From: a virus | Taxonomy: Duplodnaviria; Caudoviricetes | DNA length: 64,000 nt | IMG/VR virus record: IMGVR_UViG_3300009684_000032 | Coordinates: 95 to 64,094 of that record | Reading direction: 5' to 3' (one strand) | Part shown: positions 1 to 8,099 of the stretch, piece by piece | Layout: the number at the start of each line of letters is the position of its first letter | Numbering within the stretch: position 1 is the first letter of the stretch | Program-made: the position numbers and the translations under genes | Notes under the pieces: generated by a model | Told to the model about the DNA's origin: nothing | Database searches by the model: none | Seen by the model: only the letters and a program-made list of their open reading frames with translations

Positions 1-1615
1 CAGGATCGCTGTAGCTTACGCCATTTTTAGCCAGCCAATATGCAAAGTTGATAATACCAATACCCAGCGGACGACGGTTCATTGTGCTAACCTTGCCAGC
101 TTTGACAGGGTAATCTTGATAGTCTAACAGGTTATCCAACGCCATTACTGCTAGACGGCATGGCTTTTCAAAGTCTGCTGGACTTTTAATGTTGCCCCAG
201 TTAATTGCACTCAATGTGCAAAGGCTGATTTCGCCTTCTTCGTCGTTGATATCAACAAGAGGTTTGGTAGGCAGGTCGATTTCTGCACAGAGATTACTTT
301 GGCGAATAGGAGCAAGATGTTCAATAAATGAACCGTGCGAGTTGGCGTTGTCTACGTTTTGAAGGTATACTCGACCTGTGTTTTTACGCTCTTCCATAAA
401 GCTGCTGAACAGATCAATTGCCTTCACAGTTTTTTTGCGAAGCTTTTTATTGCGTTCTGCTGCTTCGTACAGTGTTCTAAACAGGTCTTGATTTGCAAAG
501 AATGCGTCATACAGTCCGGGTACATCGCTGGGAGAGAACAGTGTAATATCACCACCCGCAATCAGTCGTTCATAAAACAATTTGCTAAACTGAACACCGT
601 AGTCCATGTGACGCACACGATTGTCGTCAATACCTCGGTTATTTTTCAACACCAATAGGTTTTCTACTTCCAAATGCCAAATTGGATAATACAGTGTAGC
701 AGCGCCATTGCGCACACCGCCCTGACTGCAACTGCGAACGGCAGCTTGGAACATTTTATAGAAACTGATAACACCCGTGTGACTCGCATCGCCATTGCGG
801 ATAGGACTGCCAATTGCACGAATGCTACCTGCACCAATACCAATACCTGCTTTTTGGCTAACATATTTTACAATTGCACTGGTTGTTGCATTGATACTGT
901 CTAAACTATCACCAGTTTCAATCAGCACACATGAGCTGAATTGACGTTGAGGTGTGCGTACACCTGCCATAATGGGAGTTGGCAAGCTGATATCGTGCTT
1001 GCTAATAGCATCGTAATATTCTTTCACATGTTGCATACGAGTGTTGCGGTCATGGTTGATGAATAGGGTTGCTGCAATCAATGCATACGTTATCTGAGGA
1101 GTTTCTTTTTTCTCGCCTGTTACACGATTTTGTACTAGGTATTTGCCACGCATCTGTTCCATGGCAACATAAGTCAGTGTCATATCGCGATCATGGTCGA
1201 TGAAGCGGTTGATGGCGTCCCATTCGCTGTCGTTGTATTTTTCAAGTAATTCCTTGTCGTAAAATCCATCTGCTACGTTTTTATCAACTAGCTTTTTGAT
1301 ATGCCATGGTTGATATTGACCATATACATCTTTGCGAAGGTGATAGTTTACAAGGCGACCTGCAACATATTGGTAATTGGGATTTTCTTCACTAATCAAA
1401 TCTGCTGCTGCTTTGATCAGGGTCTCTTGCATTTCAACAGTTTTGATATCCTGATAAAATTGTATTTGGCTACGAATTTCTACTTCGCTAGCACTAACGC
1501 TATTAATGCCATCTGTTGCCCAGAATACAACTTTGTGCATCTTGTCAAGGTCCAGTGGTTCTTTTCGCCCGTCTCGTTTAATTACCATTATGTCTGATCT
1601 ATGTGCGGCTGCCAT
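1..1615 (-). CDS. nrdA: Ribonucleotide reductase class Ia alpha subunit with N-terminal ATP cone (runs off the left window edge)
   Basis: Not in the ORF track; translated by hand from ATG at 1615: MAAAHRSDIMVIKRDGRKEPLDLDKMHKVVFWAT...ETLIKAAADLISEENPNYQYVAGRL. Later segments read PTPIMAGVRTPQRQFSSCVLI and QSNLCAEIDLP. GGAG SD upstream. Confidence 0.96.
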   Translation of the reverse strand, partial: MAAAHRSDIMVIKRDGRKEPLDLDKMHKVVFWATDGINSVSASEVEIRSQIQFYQDIKTVEMQETLIKAAADLISEENPNYQYVAGRLVNYHLRKDVYGQYQPWHIKKLVDKNVADGFYDKELLEKYNDSEWDAINRFIDHDRDMTLTYVAMEQMRGKYLVQNRVTGEKKETPQITYALIAATLFINHDRNTRMQHVKEYYDAISKHDISLPTPIMAGVRTPQRQFSSCVLIETGDSLDSINATTSAIVKYVSQKAGIGIGAGSIRAIGSPIRNGDASHTGVISFYKMFQAAVRSCSQGGVRNGAATLYYPIWHLEVENLLVLKNNRGIDDNRVRHMDYGVQFSKLFYERLIAGGDITLFSPSDVPGLYDAFFANQDLFRTLYEAAERNKKLRKKTVKAIDLFSSFMEERKNTGRVYLQNVDNANSHGSFIEHLAPIRQSNLCAEIDLPTKPLVDINDEEGEISLCTLSAINWGNIKSPADFEKPCRLAVMALDNLLDYQDYPVKAGKVSTMNRRPLGIGIINFAYWLAKNGVSYSDP

Positions 1616-1823
1616 GTTTATTATTCTCCCCTGAACGTATGTATTGTCGCTTGGCCAGCGATAGGTTATTTAACACCGGTTGCCCGGTTTATGCGTTGCA
1701 ATATATGCAATAATGAGTTGCAAATTCTAACATAACACCTGCGTACATCAACACACACAGTTGTTATCGAGCAGTAATTAAACTATTGAAATGCATAGTT
1801 AAAATTATGCATTTCGCTATAGT

Positions 1824-2333
1824 TTATAGCTCTACTGACTCTACAGTGTTATTAAAATTCCATATTGTGGTTTCCTCTATACACCGTAGACTGGAGTTGT
1901 AATTATATATCTGCCGGTACTCAAAGTCACTCTGGTCTTTGACATTTATCAGGCGAGAATGGTGATAACCCAATAACCATTCACCATCAACAATGCATAC
2001 CAAGTGTTCAGTACTGTGCTTGCGGTTTACAACAACTGCCAATGACAATCGTTTAGAGTTCCATTTGCCACCTGGCGCAAATAACAACGTATAAAACATG
2101 CATAACGATACACTATTGACATCAAATTCTTTACGGTCTATCATATTCCAAGGATCTGGCCACGCTGCACAGTTTGTGTAATCAAGGTACTGTTTACTGA
2201 GCGGCGCACGGCTCCACCAGTCTATTACAGTTTGATAGTGTACTGTGTTGTCTGCATCTGTTGTAATTTGTTTACGCAGTTCTTGCCATTCATGCCGTAG
2301 TTCGGTCGGGTGTAGAAGGAAATTATTATGCAT
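1824..2333 (-). CDS. Hypothetical phage protein (169 aa)
   Basis: Clean ORF; TAAATA box at 2361-2366 upstream. Confidence 0.7.
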   Translation of the reverse strand: MHNNFLLHPTELRHEWQELRKQITTDADNTVHYQTVIDWWSRAPLSKQYLDYTNCAAWPDPWNMIDRKEFDVNSVSLCMFYTLLFAPGGKWNSKRLSLAVVVNRKHSTEHLVCIVDGEWLLGYHHSRLINVKDQSDFEYRQIYNYNSSLRCIEETTIWNFNNTVESVEL

Positions 2334-2363
2334 AGTGGTTGTGCATCCATTTTAGATGTTTAT

Positions 2364-3902
2364 TTAAGTGGTCCAATTTGTTTGGATATACGTTATTGTA
2401 CCCGATGTTGTGCCGGTACTTGTATAATAAATTGTAATCACTGCACCACTAATTCCTGCACTGAATACCACAGACGCATCTGTGTTTAATTCTGTATTAG
2501 TATCGGATAGCTTTACAGTTACCGTATCTGATATTACGGATAATCTACCATTTCTACGATACGTGCCCAGTACTATAGCATAATCTACCCATGCAGTTAA
2601 CAGATTGGTTGCAGTAGCAACATCAAATGCAATACCCGTTGAGGTGTTCACTTGATTTGTGAGTATACTGTGACTTAACGGTGTAGGAGTATTGTTTACC
2701 AACTCTGTGGATTGTGTATTGTATACAGCATTGCGTGCAGGTGCACCGTTGTATATTTGTAAACTGCGTGTTATTTGGCTAAACACATCTCCCATACTGG
2801 AACAGCCTGTTGACAATGTATCCCAATATATTGCAGGCACCGAGTATACAGTACCCACTGTGTTATAAGTGTTGTTAAGACTAGTAACACCTCTGCGTCT
2901 AGTTGTTACACGCAACCCATATGATGCAATATTGTCAAACGTGTTATTGCTTATTTTGGTATATTGCGGTCCGCCGTCGCTGCTATGCAATAAACCTATG
3001 CCATAGTAACTATCGGTTAACACTGAACCGTCTACAGTTATGTAATCAATGGGATCGGCTGAATATATACCATAAACTACATTTGTGGCAGTAATGTCAT
3101 TGAATGACAAATATTCGGTTGTAACAGCAGTGCCAAGACTTTCTATTGTAATGCCATTGCCAGCAGATGTATTAGTACCGCCTTGTACCCATCCACCTAT
3201 TAATTTGCACGATGCTATAGATATGTTATTGCAACGTTGTAATAGCACAACAGGATTTATTACATCAACACTGCCATCGAGGCTAAAACCGTCTACAGAA
3301 ATACTTGTGGGAATTATACCACCATTGGTACCTATGTTGGCACCAACTTGTCCAAGACTATCAGCAGTTCGCAATATGGGACCCACAAAGCCGGACTGCA
3401 ATTGTATAATGGATCTGTCTACACCGTCGCCTATCAATGTGACATAGGGATAGAGATTTATGCTTGCTGATATTAGATACGTGCCTGCTGGAAAATAAAT
3501 TGAATTCCTACTTTGTGTGTATCCATAGGGATTTGCAGAAATCCTTGCCCATTCATCGTCGATAGCAGCTTGAATTGCAGCGGTATCATCTGTCACACCG
3601 TCGCCCACTGCGCTATAGTCCTTGACGCATAGTGTATCGTCTAATATGCTGCCCAACGTGCGATAAGTAGGACCGGTTGATGCAGTGATACCGGTGTCAC
3701 CCATATATGCATGCTTGATAAGCTGATCATTGGGTCCCCACTGTGTCAATACCTGACTGTTACCTGTATAGGTATTACCATTACCTATAAACAATTCACG
3801 TGTGTCTAAACACCAACCTAACTCAGCTTCGTTTAAGTTAGTGGGCAAATCTGCCCGTAGACCTCTGCGATGTTGAATTCTACTAATTGATATGATAGCC
3901 AT
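2364..3902 (-). CDS. Virion fibre/spike protein: Mtd-N-like N-terminus plus pectate-lyase-3-type beta-helix
   Basis: RIQHRRG...LNEAELGWCLDTRELFIGNG; VKDYSAVGDGVTDDTAAIQAAID...IYFPAGTYLIS followed by beta-helix-like repeats. Confidence 0.75.
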   Translation of the reverse strand: MAIISISRIQHRRGLRADLPTNLNEAELGWCLDTRELFIGNGNTYTGNSQVLTQWGPNDQLIKHAYMGDTGITASTGPTYRTLGSILDDTLCVKDYSAVGDGVTDDTAAIQAAIDDEWARISANPYGYTQSRNSIYFPAGTYLISASINLYPYVTLIGDGVDRSIIQLQSGFVGPILRTADSLGQVGANIGTNGGIIPTSISVDGFSLDGSVDVINPVVLLQRCNNISIASCKLIGGWVQGGTNTSAGNGITIESLGTAVTTEYLSFNDITATNVVYGIYSADPIDYITVDGSVLTDSYYGIGLLHSSDGGPQYTKISNNTFDNIASYGLRVTTRRRGVTSLNNTYNTVGTVYSVPAIYWDTLSTGCSSMGDVFSQITRSLQIYNGAPARNAVYNTQSTELVNNTPTPLSHSILTNQVNTSTGIAFDVATATNLLTAWVDYAIVLGTYRRNGRLSVISDTVTVKLSDTNTELNTDASVVFSAGISGAVITIYYTSTGTTSGTITYIQTNWTT

Positions 3903-3926
3903 GCTGACATCCTAATACTTGCTGAG

Positions 3927-3933
3927 TATTTAT
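3927..3933 (-). promoter_or_regulatory. T4-late-like promoter box ATAAATA
   Basis: Intergenic, 25 nt upstream of the fibre gene ATG; same motif recurs before many structural genes. Confidence 0.65.
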
Positions 3934-3946
3934 CGGGATGTCTATG

Positions 3947-4642
3947 TCAAGTTGCAGTGCTGTCGAATACATGGTTGTTGTAGTATTGTTCAACACGTTT
4001 GCTCCATAGCAATGTGCTTTCTTCAAATTCTATACCGGTCCACACAAACTTTTGGAATTCACATTCTCTGCTGCACATGAGAACCACTGTGGTTTTAATA
4101 TCAGTGCCATGTAACAGATTATGAGACATTGCATATGCTGCAAGCTGCAAGCGGTAGTCTTCAACCCATTCTCGTTTTTTGGGTTTGATAGTTGTTTTGA
4201 AGTCTATAATTGCAGGCTGTCCTTGCCACATGCCAACCAAGTCAGTAGTACCGGCCCACAAGTTATGATAATGCAAGTGTGCTTCTACGCCCCAAACTTC
4301 ATCTACATGTACCAGACCTTCCGTGATGATAGTGTCTGCCATCTTTTTGGCCATAACTCTACCATAATTGGTACCACCGGGCCGTGCTTGTCCCAGAACA
4401 TATGCTTCTAAGTGAGCATGCATGGTAGTACCCAGTCCAGCACTTTCTGCTGAAATTCTATTTGCGTTGTCCTCACCTTTACGCTTTCGCCAAGCAATAA
4501 GGTGTTCCATGTCTTTGGTAGCACTGAGTATTGTTGTAACGCTGGGCATACCATTGCCAGCTTCATCTACATAGACACGGCCTTGTGCGCCGCCGTCTTG
4601 TCTGTCTAACTTTTTATATGTGTATATGGGATTGTACTGCAT
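3947..4642 (-). CDS. PD-(D/E)XK exonuclease (T4-like phage exonuclease / MGME1-like)
   Basis: PSVTTIL, GTTMH, E...AGTTD...IIDFKT, QLAAYA motifs. Confidence 0.88.
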   Translation of the reverse strand: MQYNPIYTYKKLDRQDGGAQGRVYVDEAGNGMPSVTTILSATKDMEHLIAWRKRKGEDNANRISAESAGLGTTMHAHLEAYVLGQARPGGTNYGRVMAKKMADTIITEGLVHVDEVWGVEAHLHYHNLWAGTTDLVGMWQGQPAIIDFKTTIKPKKREWVEDYRLQLAAYAMSHNLLHGTDIKTTVVLMCSRECEFQKFVWTGIEFEESTLLWSKRVEQYYNNHVFDSTAT

Positions 4643-4648
4643 GTAGCA

Positions 4649-4677
4649 ATTATATCACATGTGTAAATCAGTGTCTA
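4649..4677 (-). promoter_or_regulatory. Sigma70-like promoter, predicted leaderless transcript
   Basis: TAGACA-N17-TATAAT (extended TGn), 6 nt before the ATG at 4642; no SD. Confidence 0.7.
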
Positions 4678-4689
4678 ATGAATAATTTA

Positions 4690-5184
4690 TTATTGTGTAA
4701 TCGAAGCTTCGAGACTTTGCCAGTTATCCTGACCTGCCATTTTTTTAGCAACTGATTTTTGTTTTGATATTTTTTCAGGTTGTCCAGTACCGCTTTCGTC
4801 ATGAGTGAGTACAGCATACAATTTAATAACCCGTGGATTTGAACCAGATATGGTGTACCATAATGATATATCAAATGTTAAATGTACTTTGCGCATACCG
4901 GGTATTTCAGTAGCAAACGGCCTGTTAATTGTTGATATTTTGTCAGTAGGGCCGGCAGGTTTGATACCGTTTTCAACTTTAAAATTTAAAAATGTATCAA
5001 TTTTAGATTCTAATTCAGGATATTTGTCAATATGAGTGCTGCTGGTATCCAAATACATAGGACACATTTTAATTATAGTAGAAGGTGTATCTGCTTGCTT
5101 GTTATCGCTAACCAATGGCAGCTTTTGCACATTTGGTTTTTTTATCGATTCAACTGCCGCACCGATTAATTCATATAATCTCAT
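4690..5184 (-). CDS. YafQ/RelE-like ribonuclease with a capsid-targeting-like N-terminus
   Basis: RKVHLTFDISLWYTI...IKLYAVLTHDE matches the YafQ pattern H-I-x-x-D-x-x-L-x-Y...L-x-x-x-x-T-H; begins MRLYELIGAAVES. Confidence 0.6.
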   Translation of the reverse strand: MRLYELIGAAVESIKKPNVQKLPLVSDNKQADTPSTIIKMCPMYLDTSSTHIDKYPELESKIDTFLNFKVENGIKPAGPTDKISTINRPFATEIPGMRKVHLTFDISLWYTISGSNPRVIKLYAVLTHDESGTGQPEKISKQKSVAKKMAGQDNWQSLEASITQ

Positions 5185-5187
5185 ACG

Positions 5188-5388
5188 TTATTTTGTCCTA
5201 TTTTTACGGTAATTGCGCATCGCATCCATTGCATCTTTCACCGAAGTGACAGTCTGCCAATTATCGGAGTTATGCGAATTAACCATTTCAACAAGATCAT
5301 CGGTACTGACACCGGATTGATTGTCAGTGTCAATCGCTTCATACAGAGCGTTATCATTGTAATTGGTAACATCGTTGCGTTTCATCAC
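5188..5388 (-). CDS. Small acidic protein, possible antitoxin partner
   Basis: 66 aa, stop 3 nt before the RelE-like ATG; C-terminal TVTSVKDAMDAM resembles DinJ/RelB tails; AAGGA SD. Confidence 0.45.
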   Translation of the reverse strand: MMKRNDVTNYNDNALYEAIDTDNQSGVSTDDLVEMVNSHNSDNWQTVTSVKDAMDAMRNYRKNRTK

Positions 5389-5407
5389 AGTGGTCCTTGT
5401 GCTGCTG

Positions 5408-5414
5408 TATTTAT
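5408..5414 (-). promoter_or_regulatory. T4-late-like promoter box ATAAATA
   Basis: Directly upstream of the 66-aa / RelE-like gene pair. Confidence 0.6.
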
Positions 5415-5445
5415 TATAGTCAACATAACAGATTATGACACGTTG

Positions 5446-5700
5446 TCAACCGGATAATTTATCCGGATGGTGTAATCGTGTCATCATATCTGCCAGGACT
5501 TCTGCACGACTTGCAGACTCTGCATTCATCTTTAGTTGTTTAATATTAAGTAGACCTTTGATGATGTTGGGCTTTTCATTAAGTGCTCGAATTTCATCGT
5601 CTGTCATGTTGTAACATGCAGCGACCAATGCCTGCTCTCTAGGCTTTTTGCTTTTGAGCAGATAAGTCTCTGGACCGTACAGGGTACTGCGCATATTCAT
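5446..5700 (-). CDS. Hypothetical protein (84 aa)
   Basis: ORF with AAGGA SD. Confidence 0.65.
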   Translation of the reverse strand: MNMRSTLYGPETYLLKSKKPREQALVAACYNMTDDEIRALNEKPNIIKGLLNIKQLKMNAESASRAEVLADMMTRLHHPDKLSG

Positions 5701-5715
5701 TGTGATTGTCCTTTG

Positions 5716-7179
5716 TTATCCCAACCATGAATCATTTGGCAATGATCCTTCTAATTTTTTATCGTAGTTTTTCAATGCTTTTTCTGTCAACCACGACTGT
5801 ACATCTATATTCTGTAGTTCTTTAATGAGACTGTTGACTTCTTTAATTCGGCGTATACGGGTATTGAGATCATTATCTCGGTATTTCCAGTCTATATTGC
5901 TATGGTAGTACTCTAATTCATCTTCAATCAGTGGGAATAGCGGCTGACTGCGATGCAACATTAGCGTATTGCCAAAACTGAACCTTGTGTTTTTTTGCCA
6001 GCCCAGTTTGAAAATATGCCTGATACAAGCTAGAGTATGCTGATGGTCAGCTTCTGTTTCAGTGGGATACCCTACAATCATCAACAACACATGCGGTATA
6101 TCATAGTTGTTTAGCATCGCCAAACAATGCCACATGTCATCGTCGGTGAACTTTTTACCCATGTGGTATCGTATATCCTGACTGAAACTTTCCAGTCCGA
6201 TTTCAAGCATGGAGCAGCCACTGGCTTTCATGCTTTGATAATCTTCCTCGGGGCTTTGATGTTTAGGACGTATGATCCATTGACTTACCCAACTGAAATC
6301 ACTATTGGTTTGTCTATAGTTGATCAACGACTTCATTAAATTTCTAAATGCTTTCATGCTGCCGTTAATCAAGCTGTCTGTGAACAGGAATGTTTTTCTG
6401 TCGTATTTTTCTTTTATCTCGATAATTTCTTGTGCAATGTATTCACCATCTCTGAAATAATAGTCAGGCCATATCCTGTATACATTGCAAAATGTACAAC
6501 GTTTAACACAGCCTCTACTGCCTGTAATATATACAGGATGCGGATGACCTTCATTTTGATATTCAGACCAATCTATATCATCATAGTTTGGTATCATGAC
6601 ACTGTTGAGGTCAGTGACTTGGTTGGGATCTAATGAGTTGATACCTTTACCAGTAAAGTTGCCTTTTAAGTAATCGATAATGCTGGCTTCACCGTCGCCG
6701 TAAATGTAATCATCACAGTAGCCCAGTTCTTGAAACACATGTATACCGTATTCAATGGCTGCGCCGCCCCATAGTATTCGTATGTGAGGACAATGAATTT
6801 TAAGCAGCACTCCCAGTTTGGCTGCAACTGCCACGCTGTGTGCAGACAACAAACTCATACCAATGATACGGGGATTTTTTTGTTTTATAAACTCAATCCA
6901 GTCTAAGAACACATACTCCAGTGTGTTGTAGAATTTGACAAAGTCCGGATGTAGCTCTGGATGATCATGTTCCAATGCAAAAATGTAATCATCTTCAAAA
7001 TAGTAATTTTGTAAATTGTGTTGTTTTGCTGCATTGAACAGCTTCACATTGAAGTCTACAACTTCGCAGGTCATGCCGTGGGCTTCGATATGCGATTTTA
7101 ACACTGCTGGACCAACTGTGGGTGCATCGGGATTTATCTTTGGGATAATGCCTATCAGTATATCTAGCTGTGCGGTCAT
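5716..7179 (-). CDS. Cobalamin-binding radical SAM enzyme (class B methyltransferase-like)
   Basis: N-terminal B12-binding-like domain (GMSLLS, WGGA, GDGE); SRGCVKRCTFC; GLESFS; IVGYPTETE. Confidence 0.9.
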   Translation of the reverse strand: MTAQLDILIGIIPKINPDAPTVGPAVLKSHIEAHGMTCEVVDFNVKLFNAAKQHNLQNYYFEDDYIFALEHDHPELHPDFVKFYNTLEYVFLDWIEFIKQKNPRIIGMSLLSAHSVAVAAKLGVLLKIHCPHIRILWGGAAIEYGIHVFQELGYCDDYIYGDGEASIIDYLKGNFTGKGINSLDPNQVTDLNSVMIPNYDDIDWSEYQNEGHPHPVYITGSRGCVKRCTFCNVYRIWPDYYFRDGEYIAQEIIEIKEKYDRKTFLFTDSLINGSMKAFRNLMKSLINYRQTNSDFSWVSQWIIRPKHQSPEEDYQSMKASGCSMLEIGLESFSQDIRYHMGKKFTDDDMWHCLAMLNNYDIPHVLLMIVGYPTETEADHQHTLACIRHIFKLGWQKNTRFSFGNTLMLHRSQPLFPLIEDELEYYHSNIDWKYRDNDLNTRIRRIKEVNSLIKELQNIDVQSWLTEKALKNYDKKLEGSLPNDSWLG

Positions 7180-7267
7180 TGTACTACTTTCGATAACGTG
7201 CCTAACATGCTATTATACAGTATCCAGTGCACCTTCAAAATTAATAGTTGTAGATACGTTGGATGTA

Positions 7268-8095
7268 TTAATTGAGTTTTTGCCAGTCTACGCCGCTTCT
7301 ATGTCTACTATTAGGACCTTTAAGACGTTGGTTGTCGCCGATGCCACCGCGAGTTTTAGTTGTTGTTACGGCAACTGACGGTTTAGATTGTCTATTAATC
7401 AAATGTTCTGTTCGTAGTTCTATCCAATTTGGTAATCTTCTAAGGTGATAATCAACTGTAGAGTTTTGTACATTTAAACCAAGCATCTTAGGAATACTAC
7501 TTGCAACATATCCTTTACGATACAGATCTGCCATCTGTTGCACTTGCTCTGGAGTTGTACCAACTGTCAACCCCTGCTGCCCGTATCGTAATTTTTTTAT
7601 TTCTTTATATTTGTCAATACCAATCAATCTATACAACAGTTTAGGTATAGTACTAATATCTATTCCGAATTGATTGGCAATGTCAGTTGCAGATGCACCA
7701 TTTAAGAATGAATCTTTAATTTTTTCCATATCTTCGTCGGTTAATGCTCGTCCCAACATTAAATTTTTATTTTGACGTTCTGGATATTTAAGTTCTAGTA
7801 TTCTATTAACTTGTCTAAGAGAAATACCAAGATCTTTAGAAATTGCAGTAGGACCTTTACCTTCATCCCACAACATTTTTACTAGCTCAATAGTATCGTT
7901 ATCTATAGGCTGTTGTAGTCTTACTCTGTCTGTATAATGTCGTTTTATTATGTGTTGAACCTGGCTTACACTTAATCCAATTTCATTTGCAATTTTACTT
8001 GCACTATCACCGTTATCTCGTTTTGTTTTTATTAGATCAATAGTTTGCTGATCGTATTTGGTAGAGGCTTCTGTTATAAATTCACTTGCTCTCAC
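7268..8095 (-). CDS. Multi-HTH DNA-binding protein with a capsid-targeting-like leader
   Basis: Four HTH repeats (G-x-S-x-x-x-I-A-x-x-x-G...); GTG start, MRASEFITE/A. Confidence 0.7.
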   Translation of the reverse strand: MRASEFITEASTKYDQQTIDLIKTKRDNGDSASKIANEIGLSVSQVQHIIKRHYTDRVRLQQPIDNDTIELVKMLWDEGKGPTAISKDLGISLRQVNRILELKYPERQNKNLMLGRALTDEDMEKIKDSFLNGASATDIANQFGIDISTIPKLLYRLIGIDKYKEIKKLRYGQQGLTVGTTPEQVQQMADLYRKGYVASSIPKMLGLNVQNSTVDYHLRRLPNWIELRTEHLINRQSKPSVAVTTTKTRGGIGDNQRLKGPNSRHRSGVDWQKLN

Positions 8096-8099
8096 AGCA

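Noticed and set aside
335-1597. Short ORFs in the track over 1-1.6 kb
   Set aside because: Shadows of nrdA, which the track missed because its stop lies outside the window
1616-1823. tRNA/ncRNA in this and other intergenic gaps
   Set aside because: No cloverleaf or T-loop signature was seen; only weak AT-rich inverted repeats
2364-3902. Mtd-like N-terminus suggesting a diversity-generating retroelement
   Set aside because: No reverse transcriptase and no template/variable repeat pair differing at adenines was seen
3947-4642. Cas4-like nuclease implying a CRISPR system
   Set aside because: No Fe-S cysteine set, no other cas genes and no array; fits an ordinary phage exonuclease
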